Shown one piece after another: positions 27,215 to 40,262 of a DNA stretch of 64,000 nucleotides; the stretch's first letter is position 1; every line of letters starts with the position of its first letter. Origin of the DNA: Chiloscyllium plagiosum (lineage: Eukaryota); assembly GCF_004010195.1 (NCBI RefSeq), contig NC_057719.1, forward strand, positions 45,033,766 through 45,097,765, given 5' to 3'. The notes beneath the pieces were generated by a model, which ran no database searches, was not told the origin of the DNA, and saw only the letters and a program-made list of their open reading frames with translations. A program made the translations under genes and the position numbers.

Positions 27215-28141
27215 GACTGGGATACAACTCGATCAGACCCAGGGATTTGTTCACTTTTAAAGCCACCTCCTTGTTTCATGCATCAATTTGTTCAAGAACT
27301 TCTTAAGTTCTATACTTGCCTCCTTCTCTCAAGTAAAGACAAATGTGAAATATTCATTTAACACTTGACCAATGTACTCTGGCTTTGCACACAGATTGAC
27401 CCCATGGTCCCTAATAGACTTTTATTCTTTCACTGGTTATTTGCTTCCCCTTGGTATAATTGTAGAATTTCTTGGGATTCTTCCTAATCTTCTCCACCAG
27501 TAGTTGCTCATGCCCCTCCTTGCTCTCCTAATTGCTTTATTGAGATTCCCCCACACTTTTGACACTCTATGTTTTGCTCCCTTTGTACCTGTTGTTTATC
27601 TCTCTTTCCCTTTTTATGCAGTTCTGAATATTCATAGACATCCAGGGTTCTCTAGGCTGATGGTCCTACAGTACACTCTCTAAAGGGACCATGTTGGGTC
27701 TATACTCACCCCAGTATCTTTTTGAACACCTCCCACTGTTTTACTGTAGATTTATCCTCAAGTAACTCTTGTTGGTCTATTTTGGCCAGGCGTGCCTTAT
27801 TTTAATAAAATTTACCTTGCCCAATCCAAAATCCATTTTTGAAGACTGTCTTTCTCCTTTTCTATAACAAACTTAAAATGTATAGTGTAGTGGTTGTTTT
27901 CACTAAAATGCTTCCCCACTGTCACCTCGAATATCCAGTCCAGCTCTGCTATGTCACTTGTTGGACCTTCTACACATCGATATAACAAGCTCTTCTGTAT
28001 ACTTTAAGAAACCTGTCCCTCTATACTCTTTACATTATGATTATCCCAATTAAGATTGGGGTACTGTCTTTGAAATCCCTTAATATAATTACACTTTTAT
28101 TGTTTTTACATGGCTTAGTGAATTCACCCCGTATTTGTTCT

Positions 28142-29800
28142 TTCCCAAGATCCACAAGCCTGACCACCCTGGCCGACCCATTGTCTCAGCCTGCTCCTGC
28201 CCCACCAAACCCATCTACACCTACTTCGATGCTGTCCTATCCCCCCAGTCCAGGAACTCCCCACATACGTTCGAGACACCACCCACACCCTCCACCTCCT
28301 CCAAGACTTCCATTTCCCTGGCCCCCAACGCCTCATCTTCACCATGGACATCCAGTCCCTCTACACCTCCATCCGCCATGACCAGGGCCACCAAGCCCTC
28401 CGTTTCTTCCTCACCCGACGTCCCTAACAGTACCCTTCCACCAACACTCTCATTCATTTGGCTGAACTGGTCCTCACCCTTAACAATTTCTCCTTCAAAT
28501 CCTCCCACTTCCTCCACACCAAAAGGGTAGCCATGGGCACTGGTATGGCCCCTGCTATGCCTGTCTCTTTGTTGACTACGTAGAACAGTCCATCTTCCGT
28601 AATTACACCGGTACCATTCCCCACCTCTTCCTCTGCTACATTAATGACTGCATCGGCGCCACCTCGTGCTCCCACGAGGAGTTGAGCAGTTCATCAACTT
28701 CACCAACACATTCCACCCTGACCTTAAATTCACCTGGACCATCTCTGACACCTCCCTCCCCTTCCTGGACCTCTCCATCTCCATTAATGACGACTGATTC
28801 AATACTGACATTTTTTACAAACCCACTGACTCCCACAGCTACCTGGACTACAACTTCTCCCACCCTGCCTCCTGCAAAAATGCCATCCTGTATTCCCAAT
28901 TCCTCCACCTCTGCTGTATCTGTTCCCAGGAGGACCAGTTCCACCACAGAACACACCAGATGGCCTCCTTTTTTAAAGACTGCAATTTCCCTTCCCACAT
29001 GGTTGATGATGCCCTCTAGCACATCTCATCCACTTCCTGCACCTCTACCCTCTANNNNNNNNNNNNNNNNNNNNNNNNNNNNNNNNNNNNNNNNNNNNNN
29101 NNNNNNNNNNNNNNNNNNNNNNNNNNNNNNNNNNNNNNNNNNNNNNNNNNNNNNNNNNNNNNNNNNNNNNNNNNNNNNNNNNNNNNNNNNNNNNNNNNNN
29201 NNNNNNNNNNNNNNNNNNNNNNNNNNNNNNNNNNNNNNNNNNNNNNNNNNNNNNNNNNNNNNNNNNNNNNNNNNNNNNNNNNNNNNNNNNNNNNNNNNNN
29301 NNNNNNNNNNNNNNNNNNNNNNNNNNNNNNNNNNNNNNNNNNNNNNNNNNNNNNNNNNNNNNNNNNNNNNNNNNNNNNNNNNNNNNNNNNNNNNNNNNNN
29401 NNNNNNNNNNNNNNNNNNNNNNNNNNNNNNNNNNNNNNNNNNNNNNNNNNNNNNNNNNNNNNNNNNNNNNNNNNNNNNNNNNNNNNNNNNNNNNNNNNNN
29501 NNNNNNNNNNNNNNNNNNNNNNNNNNNNNNNNNNNTCCCACCTATCCACTCCACCTTCCTCTCTGACCTATCACCTCCATCCTCACCCCCATTTACCTAT
29601 TGTACTCTTTGCTACCTTCTCCCCAGCCCCACCCCCATTTATCTCTCCACCCGGAAGGCTTCCTGTCTCTATTCCTGATGAAGGGCTTTTGCCCAATACG
29701 TCAATTTTCCTGCTCCTCGGATGATGCCAGGCCTGCTGTGCTTTTCCAGCACCACTCTAATCTCGACTCTGATTTCCAACATCTGCAGTCCTCATTTTCC
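28142..29800 (+). mobile_element. Penelope-like retroelement, disrupted, spans an assembly gap
   Basis: PKIHKPDHPGRPIVSACSCPT, MDIQSLYTS, YIND; highly similar to 13091-14567; decayed hammerhead at 29675-29702. Confidence 0.92.
29055..29535. other. Assembly gap (N)
   Basis: Run of N. Confidence 1.
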
Positions 29801-30341
29801 TTTGTTCCTCTATTGCCCATTGACTGGGGGTATAATATACTCTTAATAGCATGATTGCCCCCTTTTTATACCTAGGTTCGACCCACAAAGTCTCACTTGA
29901 CGATCCTTCCAAGCTACCATCCCTCCTTACTGCAGTAAATGAATTCCTAACTAACAAGGTCAACACCATTTTCACATCTGTATCCTTTGATTCCTGCCTG
30001 AAAATCATATACACCAGAATGTTATGTTGCAAGTCTTATACGTTCCACAACCATGGCTTTGTGACAGTGATGACATTGCAGTTCCATGTGTCAATCCATA
30101 GCCTAACACATCTGTCTCACTCCAGCCTCACCTTACCCCTTTGAGACACAACTGAACTTGATCTGTCTTGGTTATGCTGTTTTACCATTGAATGAAAGCA
30201 CTGTGACCCCTGCCCTTGATGAACTAATTTAAACTCTTCCCAACAGCATGTGCAAACTCTCTGGCAAGGATGTTCGTCCCATTCTAGTACAGGTTCAATT
30301 GTAGAGATCTCACATTCCCCAGAAGTAGGTCCTAGTCATTC

Positions 30342-30790
30342 AGAAACTAAAACAGACATTGCTGGAAAAGCTCAGCAGGTCTGGCAACATCCGTGAAGAG
30401 AAATCAGATTTAATGTTTCAGGTCCAGTGACATTTCCTCAGAACTGATGGTAGCTGGGAAAATGTCACTTTATATGCAGAAGGTAGGGTGGGTGAAGGGA
30501 TGAAGGTGATTGGGGATAGAGCCGAAAGAGAGAGAAGAACAATTGGATAGACAAAGGAGTGGATAATGATCTGGCTGGGAGACTGAATAGCTGTTAATGG
30601 TGACTGTTAATGGCTAACAATGTGTTGTGTGTGTAACAGCAGACTATGTGATCACAAGGCCTGGTGAGGAAGGGTCACCAGGTTCCCCCCCCCAATTTCT
30701 CTTCACAGGTGTTTCCAGACTGACTGACCTTTCCTGGCAACTTGTGTTTTTGTTTCTGATTTACAACATTTGTAGTTATTTTGGTTTTCA
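30342..30790. mobile_element. Old PLE family 3: inverted terminal repeats
   Basis: 30342-30405 is the reverse complement of about 30695-30760; - strand ctgaggaaatgtcactggacctgaaacatta is a decayed hammerhead. Confidence 0.65.
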
Positions 30791-31699
30791 CTTTCTCCAG
30801 ACATGTTTGCCAGAGATCACAATAGAATCCAGTAGCACCCACGTGCTGCAGTCTTGACGCATAAAGAATCCTGCTATCCTGAAATAATTTAATTAATTAC
30901 CACCAACTTGTACACAATTTTAAAACAGAACTACATTCCAGATACGCACCAAACAACTAGCTCAACTAGCTTTTATTTGTAGTGGAGCAAGATCAATTCC
31001 TAAATGGCAAGATATACTAAAAAGCAAAAGCAAAAGGATGCAATCAAACACTTTCTTCTCCTTTCCATCTTCATCAAACTCCCCACTTTTAAAAAAAAAC
31101 TCTCAACTTTGAACACAATTTCCTCAATGCATTTGTTTTCCTCCCGCTGCACTAAAGGACATATTTTTGGGAACTGAATGGGGATTAGAAACACGCCAGA
31201 TTTAACCAGTTAGCTAAAACTTCAATCTTATTTGCATAGTACCTCCCATTTACTGTTAGTTACCGACCAGATTTGGATTTTAAGAACAGAGTTTAAAAAT
31301 AAAAATTAACACAAACTCCTCACTAACCAAACCCAATTGTTCAATTTCCTGAGCTACAAAACATCACCTGCCCCGCCACCTTAGTGATGCTGTAATTAAT
31401 TAATTAACTAATTAAATTTAATTAATGCTTTCAGCTCTTCTGTGTTTTTTAAAAATGTTGTTGAATATTCTACGTACCCTTATTGAAACTCCTTAGTTTG
31501 TCTGATTACTATTAAATAGGAAATATCCAATGACCTACCTGTTTCCAGATGTTGGGTTTTTGTCTGTATTCTGACTCAGAACCAACAGTTGGTATTCCTC
31601 TGTGCCCCACAGTCCTGTATACCCTCCTCCATGATCTTATTGAATGGTGAGCAGGCTTGAAGGACTGAGTGGTCTACTCTTGTTCCTTGTTTATACATT

Positions 31700-31940
31700 C
31701 AAATGTACTCCTGTCTATATATCCCACTTTCCTGTATACCTCACGCCTATATATCCCACTCATGCATACCCAATTTCTGTATACCTAACTCCCATAGATC
31801 ATAGTTCAGTGTATTATATATCTTATTTTTCTCTGTAACGTGCTCACCTCCTAAATATCCCATTCTTTTATATGCTGTTCTCAATATTTATACTCCATTC
31901 CTTCTCACTGAAACCCCTGTCTTTATACTCCCACTGATGT
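31700..31940. repeat. Degenerate low-complexity minisatellite
   Basis: Recurring tatatcccac / ttctgtatacc / tactcccat motifs. Confidence 0.5.
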
Positions 31941-32817
31941 GTCGTTCTTTACAGCCCCACGCTCGCCTTGCTGAAGTCTTGCGTTTTTCATCCCCCTACC
32001 GTCTTTGATATCTCGCTAAGCTCTAATAAAATTGAAGTCAATGGGACTGAGGGTGAAATCTCTGAACTGGTTGGAGTCATATCTAATTCAAAGGGAAGAT
32101 TGACATGCATAGGCAGGTCTGGCCAAACGTGTACTGTTCGTATCCAGGTTGAATTACAGTCGTATGTAGTACAAAATGTTTAGAGATCACTGGTTCACAG
32201 AAATCAATAGTAAATCCTCAGCTGTCACCCTTCAGGAATTGGGCTATGTAGCAAGTGAGTGGGGCGCTCAAAAGAAAGAACACATGTACAATCTGTTATC
32301 TGTATCATGTCAATACTTGTCATGACTGGAACTTTAGTTGTGAACAAATCACATGCTTTTTCTTGAGAAAGACGTATACTTGACGCACGCAAAGAAAGAA
32401 AAAGATTCCAGTTTTAAACCTCTGAGGATTAGGTTCTGATTACTGTTCTGTATCTGCTGTGCAAAGACAGCGGCGTTGCTACATTTACATAAACAACACA
32501 GGAAATCAGTCATTCATCGTTGCCATGGTAGCACTGGGGAAATCCATTTTATTAAAGTTCACTGTGCCCCTCTTAGGAACATTACAAACAAAGAACTGCA
32601 ATAAAAGAAGTAGATTGGGTGCAGATATAATAAAATAACTCTGAGTTTTAATATAGGAAATCTTTGCTGCTGAATGTTTGTCTAGCTGGTAGTGTTGTTT
32701 AGGAGGCACCCCTTCATACCAGCAGCTGGGAAGAATGTAAAAGTCACACAGAGGTTTCTGTTGGGGGGGGCGAAGCAAGCCTTCAGAATGATTTTTTTCA
32801 TTTATTTAATATTTCAG

Positions 32818-33128
32818 ATACCAAGATGAATTCCTTTGATTACTTCACCTAATGCTTCAAGCCAAGCTCAGAGATCAGAGCATTGGTTGTAAAGTGTGGT
32901 GAAATTGATACAGAAATAAGCAGTTGAAAGGAATAGTAGTAAGGAAGGAAGCACAAGGCACACAAAACAGAAGGGCTAAATGAGAGAGAAAGAGAGGCAG
33001 AGAAGGGGAAGTTACAGCAGCTAGAAAGGGGAGGAAGTGGGAGACCTGCTGCTTCCTGTAGACAGAATGATGATTGAAGACAAAGCTGGGTGTGGACTCG
33101 TCTCTCAGGGCTGCTGCCTACACAGCTG
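32818..33128 (+). other. Candidate 5'/UTR exon
   Basis: Donor cagctg|gtaagc at 33128/33129; possible acceptor atttcag| at 32817; purine-rich unique sequence; ATG at 33067 gives only 20 codons + 2 nt. Confidence 0.35.
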
Positions 33129-34165
33129 GTAAGCTTGGATTCTCCTGCATATTTAACCAGTTTTAAGAAGAGAAGAGTGAATATCTGCTTTCAATTTAAT
33201 GACCAAGGTAAATTAGCTTTTTTCCTTTCCTGTTTTTAATACTACACTTAAGAATTCTGTTGATGAGTTTATTTTTTTTGCCAAAATAGACTTGATTGCA
33301 TTTGGGACTGCAAATATTAAAGATCTGTGTGTATTATTCCACAAAATGATATTATCAACAACTGTACAACAACTAATACTGAATATTTGATCATGTTGGT
33401 GTTAAGAAAATGTAATGCTTTTAATCTGAAAGCTTGCAGAAACCAAGTATGTAGCTGTTAGCAGCGAGAGGAATAGCTGTCCGCTGTGAGGGTAGAATGA
33501 TTTAATTGTAATTCATTCAATGTGATTGGGAATTTGTGCTATATCACTTAATGCTGATTGTAAATTTTATGCAAAATAACACACCAACAGTCAGCAGCTC
33601 AGTTCTTTTGCTAACACTATATATCACAAAGGAGCCAGTATGGATTTTGCTGTGCAAATGTGTTTTCATGTTCATATTCTCATTGTAGCTAAATGTCTAT
33701 ATTTATAAAATAATTCTTCAAACCCAATATATAAAATAACAACAGTGTAGTAATAATATATATAATAAAGACATTTTTAATATTTGAATTACTGTAATTC
33801 TGAGAGCTGTTGAGATGACTAAATGGGGCAATGCAAAATCAATCAGTTTTTTTCCCATAATATCAGGGTATCTGCATTGAAAAGTCCATCATATAGAAAA
33901 AAGGTGTTGATTTGGTTGCCAGTAATAGCATTTAATTAGTAACTACAAATGCTATTTTTAAATGTTGTGAAATCACATGACTTATTTAGACTGCACCTCC
34001 TCCATTTTATTGAAGAAAATATAGATACCTCAAAATTAATTCAGTGATTCATAGCTGCATGCTACATTAATGTCTTTTGAATTCTGTAGGACTGTGTCTT
34101 GAAACATGGTAACTAGACATTGAAGAAAAGATAGTTTCTGATCTGAAATACCAGTCAAATAATTT

Positions 34166-34350
34166 GAAGTAAAGGCAGAAAATGCTAGAAATATTCAGCA
34201 GGTCAGGGAGTGCCTGTGGAGTCATAGACCCAGAGCTCTCCACAGCTTCTCTGCACAGTTTTCTCTTCATAGCTGCTGCTTGTCAAGCTGATCATTTCCA
34301 ATTTTTAACAAAAATTGTTTCATTTCAGGTTTCTAACGTCTGCAACATTT
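34166..34350. mobile_element. Old PLE-like inverted terminal remnant
   Basis: cagaaaatgctagaaatattcagcaggtcagg.. followed by an inverted decayed copy. Confidence 0.45.
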
Positions 34351-35489
34351 TGCATTAGAGGCAAATAATGTCTTCTCATTATGGATTCCACAACCGTTGA
34401 GTTTTAAGTTTTTGATTGGTGACTCTATTTTGTGTTATAGGTCATACAGTTTTCAAACATTAAAAAAAAATATTGTGGACAAACTTGTATCAAAATAACC
34501 TCGGCTTTGTATAGTCGCTAATTGGCTTTTATTGTGTAATTTGAGACTTGTTTAATCAATTGGTTCCATATTCAAGCTTAATGTGCTCAGGGGAATGTAG
34601 CTGTTACACAAATGTGAACCATTTGGGAAATTATACACACAGCAGTCTCTGAAAATTTACAGGCTGATGGGATTTCCAATGTCCCTCCTAATCTGAGAAA
34701 GAGATTTCGGTTGCCATCCATAATGATAGACACTTCAGAATCAAATTTCTGTTTTAGACAGTATATTCCCTGTGAACAGTCTGTTACATGGAAACATTAG
34801 TGAAATCCAATAAGCATTTGATCTTAATAACATTTAAATCAGTTGCCAGATTTATTCTGCTGTCAATGGTTATTTTTACTGATGTTTAGACATGTTAGCT
34901 AGACTAGCTTATTGACCAACACTACTTATTAAGTTAATAATATTGTGTTCAATTGTTAACTGAATTATGAATCCAATAATTAAACTGTAGCACTTATTTC
35001 ATTGTCACAAGGAGGTTCAATCTGATACAGATACCAATACAAGGAGTCTACAACTATGGCTTCCCATTGTCCAACAATTGTTCATTCTGTATTGATGAAT
35101 AAATTACAACAGGTGTTTGCACTGAATTAGATATGATCACAATGATTCATTTATAGAAGTACAGATGTTGCCTTTGGATGTGAAGAGATTGGCACAGTAC
35201 TGTCCTGGTATGGTTGTAACTGGTACCATTATTACTCATTACTTTAATGCCACTTTCAACAACAATAGCATTAGTTCATAGTCAGAGTTATTTAAATTCA
35301 AGAATAAAGTGAATGTTGGAAAATGGTACCATGTTGTAATAGTTTTGTATGTACAATGATCAATGAACATATTATTATAAAACAGGTTTTGGCTGTTCTT
35401 TCTTTTAAACTTAAGGAGACCTTTTAATCTGAATGCAGAAATTGTTGTGGCAGAAATAGACATTTTTAGTGGCAATGAGAGATGTCACA

Positions 35490-37020
35490 CTGCATGGAAT
35501 TATATAGGAATACAAAGGGAATGTGAGTCAGAAACAGCCATTTGGTCCAACCAACCTATCCCTTAGGTTAACCTTCATTTACATTCATTTCTACTCTTAT
35601 ATTTCCTCATTTAAATCCATCATTGTAATCTTCAATTCTCTTCTCCTCCAATACTTTTTGCTTCATCACTCCATGAGGTCTTGAGCTTGACAGTCTCACT
35701 ACTCTTTGGGTGAAGAAGTATCTTCTGAATTGTATATTGAATATCTTGGCTACTATCTTGTGTTGGAGAAAGTGAGGACTGCAGATGCTGGAGATCAGAG
35801 CTGAAAACGTGTTACTGGAAAAGCGTAGCAGGTCAGGCAGCATTCAAGGAGCAGGAGAATTGACGTTTCGGGCATGAGTCCTTCTTCAGGACTGGGGCTG
35901 AAGAAGGGCTCATGCCCAAAACGTCGATTCTCCTGCTGCTTGGATGCTGCCTGACCTGCTGCGCTTTTTCAGCTACAATCTTATGTTGGCAGTGTTTATA
36001 TTATGCCTTCCCCCACAAGTGGAAACATTCTCTTTTCATCCGCTCGATCAAAATCTGATGTAATTTTAGACCTCGATTAGATTGCTTCTCAGCATTTTTA
36101 CATCAAGAGAGAAGAGACGCAGCCTACTCATCTGTTTTGAGATATATCTCCCCATGCAATTTGGTGTTATTTGCCATCTCTCTATTGCCTCAATCACCTT
36201 TGCTTTTGTAAATATAGTGCAGAACTGCCCTGTAATACTAAGTATAACCAAGGTTTGACACCAGTTTAGTACAGCTTTCTTATTTTTCAATTCCATTCCT
36301 CTAGAAATAAAGCCTATTGCTTGGTTTGTCTTTTGGAAGCCTTGCTAAAGAGTGGTGCAACTTCTTGCGGTTGATACGTTTGCATATCTTGATTCCTTTT
36401 CTCCTCTCTCCCTCATCTAGATCTTCCAAGTTTTATTCTTCCTGCCATAATGTACTACTACACATTTGTGTGTTGAGCTTCATCTGCCAAATGTTTGCCC
36501 ATTTTGCAGATTTATTAATTTCTTCCTGTAACTTATTTCAGCCCTCCTTGGTATTGACTACCAATCCCCCCTCACAATTTGATGTAGTTTGCAAATTTAG
36601 AAATTGTGTTTGTATGTTAATGTAAGTTAATATAAAATGTGCATCCCAGCACTGGTCTTTATGGAACACCATTTCCCTGCCTCTTGTGGTCTGAACTGCC
36701 ATTTTCTCTCACTTTCTGCCTTTTTTCAAAGTCAGCTGGCAATCCATTCTGATATTTGTGTTCCAACTTCACATTCTCTGACCTTATTCATAAGTCTATT
36801 ATGGGACACCAAAATGGGCTTTTGATGATCCAGATAAATTATATCTACTATATTATCACTCTCTACCTCTTTAAAAAAAAATCAGTAAAGTTAGTTAAAC
36901 AAAATGATCCCTTTGTAAAATTCATGCTAATTGTTCATGATTATTTCTTTTCTCTTGTTGTCCTTGAGATCCCTACATTAGTTAGGATTCCACTATATTT
37001 CTGTAGTTCCTGGATAACCA
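35490..37020 (-). mobile_element. Old CR1 LINE remnant
   Basis: RRYFFTQRVVRL, LRLFSL..LRSNLIEV, RT FAND-like region near 36580. Confidence 0.7.
35767..35971. mobile_element. Back-to-back inverted PLE terminal repeats, two hammerhead motifs, 18-bp TSD
   Basis: TSD gctactatcttgtgttgg (35749-35766) / gctacaatcttatgttgg (35972-35989); - copy ctgaagaaggactcatgcccgaaacgtc, + copy ctgaagaagggctcatgcccaaaacgtc. Confidence 0.88.
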
Positions 37021-37885
37021 GGAGCAATGTTACAGATTTTAAGGCTGAAAAAGAGAAGTTTTAAATGAGATAAGCCTGACAATGGCAACACTTAAGATGT
37101 TATTACAGAAAAAAAAATGTCATGATTACTGTGGTATGTGCTGATTCTTAGTATTACTGATCTCAAAAAAGAGAATAATGGTTATTGGCATCAGAAAAAA
37201 TAATGGTGTTTTACTGATCCTGTTTTTCTTCTGCTCAAAGGTTGAAAAGATCTAAAGGGACTCTAAGATATATCAGATATCCATTCTAAGTGTCTGAAAC
37301 CTTTGGGGCTTGGGTTAGGATCGAATGGTGCAGGAGCACTGGACACCTCAAAATATCAGAATTTGGCTGGGTCTGAGGAAGTCTGCATAAGTGAAGGTGC
37401 ACTAGACTTATGGAATGGTATTTATTGCCTTCCCCTGTGGCACGTTGCCAAGACGTTGGCAGATACAAATACTGCCACCTTTTGGCCTCCACCCTGATTA
37501 AATCCATGACAGCCTCTCTGTTATGAATGAGGGCATGAACTGGGCAATTAATGCCCACTTAAGGATTGTATCCTGCTGCTGCTGGTATTAACATAGTGGT
37601 GGGTGACATTGTGACATGAGGGGAACAGCAGAGTGCCTGTTTCTTGTGCTCTTCTATGGTGAGGCCTCTTATTCAAAGGCATTCTGTCTGATCAAGGTCT
37701 GGAAATTGGGAAGACAGGGGTGGGGACACTGCACTGAGAAGCCCCATGCCCTTACTGCCCACCACTTTCCCTCATGACCTCACTCTGTAAAGCTTCTCCT
37801 GCCATCATTAGACTCTGGCTTGTGTCATTCTAAACTGACATGCCAGGAGCTGCCACCTCATGCCCACCTGCACCTCACCCACCCA

Positions 37886-37960
37886 CATTCCTGCTAAAGG
37901 ACTTATGCCCAAAACGCTGCCTAACCTGCTGTGTTTTTCCAGCACCACTCTTTTCGACAT
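37886..37960 (+). mobile_element. Decayed PLE terminal fragment
   Basis: cattcctgctaaaggacttatgcccaaaacg..cctgctgtgtttttccagcaccactc. Confidence 0.6.
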
Positions 37961-38826
37961 CATCTTCCCAGTAACACTGCTGAATGGAAGAGCTGTTGGT
38001 CTGTGACTGGCTTGGCAAGCAGAGACTTACTCCCTCATGGAAGGCCCCTTCCCTGGCCTTCTGTTACATGCCTGACTCTCTCATAATTTGAGACTGTTTT
38101 CCTTCCCCCAGAGAAGGGAATGTGGGTCTCTTGCTGGCTCTACAATGAGCCACCCTCATGCCTCCAAAGATTGCCTCCTATTTTGGGAGAATCAGATCAA
38201 CGCAAGGCTAGGGGAGTGAACTGGGTGTAATGGGGGGGGGGTTAGGGCTCTACCAATGTAAGTAGACCTGATGGACCTGAGGAAAGCATTCCTCCTGCTC
38301 TGCAACTAACACAATCTTTCTTGATGGATTGGGGTTTTCTCACTTCTCTTTACTTGCCGGAGCCTGCTGGGAATCCCACTCAGTGTTTTGCAAATTCAGT
38401 TAAACGAGTGACCATTGACTTACATGGTTCCAGATGATAACCTTGCCATTAGTCACAGGTATTGTGTAACCATCAAACCTTCAAGCTGTTGGTTTGCAGA
38501 TCCCTTATGTTGCAATGGATACAGACAGTTATTATGGTTGCTTATATGATTACATCTATAATGTTTAAATGTTCTTAGGTTTGGGGAAAAAAAACATACA
38601 GCTAATTCTTTTTGGCTAAGTGCAAGTTGCTTCTAGTTCTGTTTCATGATTCTTCTCATGAGACCCAGTAAGATTTCTTGCTGTGTCTTACCAAATGTGC
38701 CTCATTATCCACATACCCTGCCCTCAGTGCATTCCTCACATCTGATCCTATCCTGATCTCAGCACACGCTGTTGCTGAAAGAACTTGTCACTCACTGAAA
38801 TCTCTGCTAGACCTTCACTTTAAAGT

Positions 38827-40262
38827 TGAAAATGTGTTGCTGGAAANNNNNNNNNNNNNNNNNNNNNNNNNNNNNNNNNNNNNNNNNNNNNNNNNNNNNN
38901 NNNNNNNNNNNNNNNNNNNNNNNNNNNNNNNNNNNNNNNNNNNNNNNNNNNNNNNNNNNNNNNNNNNNNNNNNNNNNNNNNNNNNNNNNNNNNNNNNNNN
39001 NNNNNNNNNNNNNNNNNNNNNNNNNNNNNNNNNNNNNNNNNNNNNNNNNNNNNNNNNNNNNNNNNNNNNNNNNNNNNNNNNNNNNNNNNNNNNNNNNNNN
39101 NNNNNNNNNNNNNNNNNNNNNNNNNNNNNNNNNNNNNNNNNNNNNNNNNNNNNNNNNNNNNNNNNNNNNNNNNNNNNNNNNNNNNNNNNNNNNNNNNNNN
39201 NNNNNNNNNNNNNNNNNNNNNNNNNNNNNNNNNNNNNNNNNNNNNNNNNNNNNNNNNNNNNNNNNNNNNNNNNNNNNNNNNNNNNNNNNNNNNNNNNNNN
39301 NNNNNNNNNNNNNNNNNNNNNNNNNNNNNNNNNNNNNNNNNNNNNNNNNNNNNNNNNNNNNNNNNNNNNNNNNNNNNNNNNNNNNNNNNNNNNNNNNNNN
39401 NNNNNNNNNNNNNNNNNNNNNNNNNNNNNNNNNNNNNNNNNNNNNNNNNNNNNNNNNNNNNNNNNNNNNNNNNNNNNNNNNNNNNNNNNNNNNNNNNNNN
39501 NNNNNNNNNNNNNNNNNNNNNNNNNNNNNNNNNNNNNNNNNNNNNNNNNNNNNNNNNNNNNNNNNNNNNNNNNNNNNNNNNNNNNNNNNNNNNNNNNNNN
39601 NNNNNNNNNNNNNNNNNNNNNNNNNNNNNNNNNNNNNNNNNNNNNNNNNNNNNNNNNNNNNNNNNNNNNNNNNNNNNNNNNNNNNNNNNNNNNNNNNNNN
39701 NNNNNNNNNNNNNNNNNNNNNNNNNNNNNNNNNNNNNNNNNNNNNNNNNNNNNNNNNNNNNNNNNNTGTTCCACATATCCTATGAAGAGGCAGGCATAGC
39801 TGGGGCCCATGCGGGGTGCCCATGGCTACTCCTTTGGTTTGGAGGAAGTGGGAGGATTGGAACGAGAAGTTGTTCAGGGTGAAGACCAGTTCAGTCAGTC
39901 GAAGGAGGGTGTCAGTGGAAGGGTACTGGTTGGTACGGCAGGAAAGGAAGAAGCGGAGGACTTTGAGTCCTTCGTGATGCAGGATGGAAGTGTACAGGGA
40001 CTGGATGTCCATGGTGAAGATAAGGCATTGGGGACCGGAGAAGCGCAAATCATGGAGGTCGAGGGCGTGGGTGGTGTCCCAAACATAGGTGGGGAGTTCT
40101 TGGACTAAGGGGGACTGGACCGTGTTGAGGTATGCAGAGATGAAGGGCTCATGCCCAAAACGTCAATTCTCCTACTCCTTGGATGCTGCCTGACCTGCTG
40201 CGCTTTTCCAGCAATACATTTTCAGCTCTGATCTCCAGCATCTGCAGTCCTCACTTTCTCCT
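38827..40262 (-). mobile_element. Penelope-like element with inverted terminal repeat at its 5' truncation, 14-bp TSD
   Basis: TMDIQSLYTSI..KGVAMG..MGPSYACLFIG on -; + strand terminal repeat 40139-40262; TSD cttcactttaaagt at 38813-38826 and 40263-40276. Confidence 0.9.
38847..39766. other. Assembly gap (N)
   Basis: Run of N. Confidence 1.

Larger units (their letters stand above)
25410..30330 (-). mobile_element. Old near-full-length CR1 LINE with nested SINE and PLEs
   Basis: 3' end at 25410; RT remnants (HFGRSN, QESTLGPLLFVI, IRDSQHGFVRGRS); EN remnants (SSETLWVE..KKGAIMLLRVYYTP); ORF1-end-like sequence near 30250-30325. Confidence 0.8.

Noticed and set aside
33067..33128. MMIEDK start resembling DENND4 or dystrobrevin N-termini
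   Set aside because: Similarity stops after 4-5 residues.
28682..40048. Long ORFs (165-413 aa) in the track
   Set aside because: They are poly-X read-throughs of the two N gaps.
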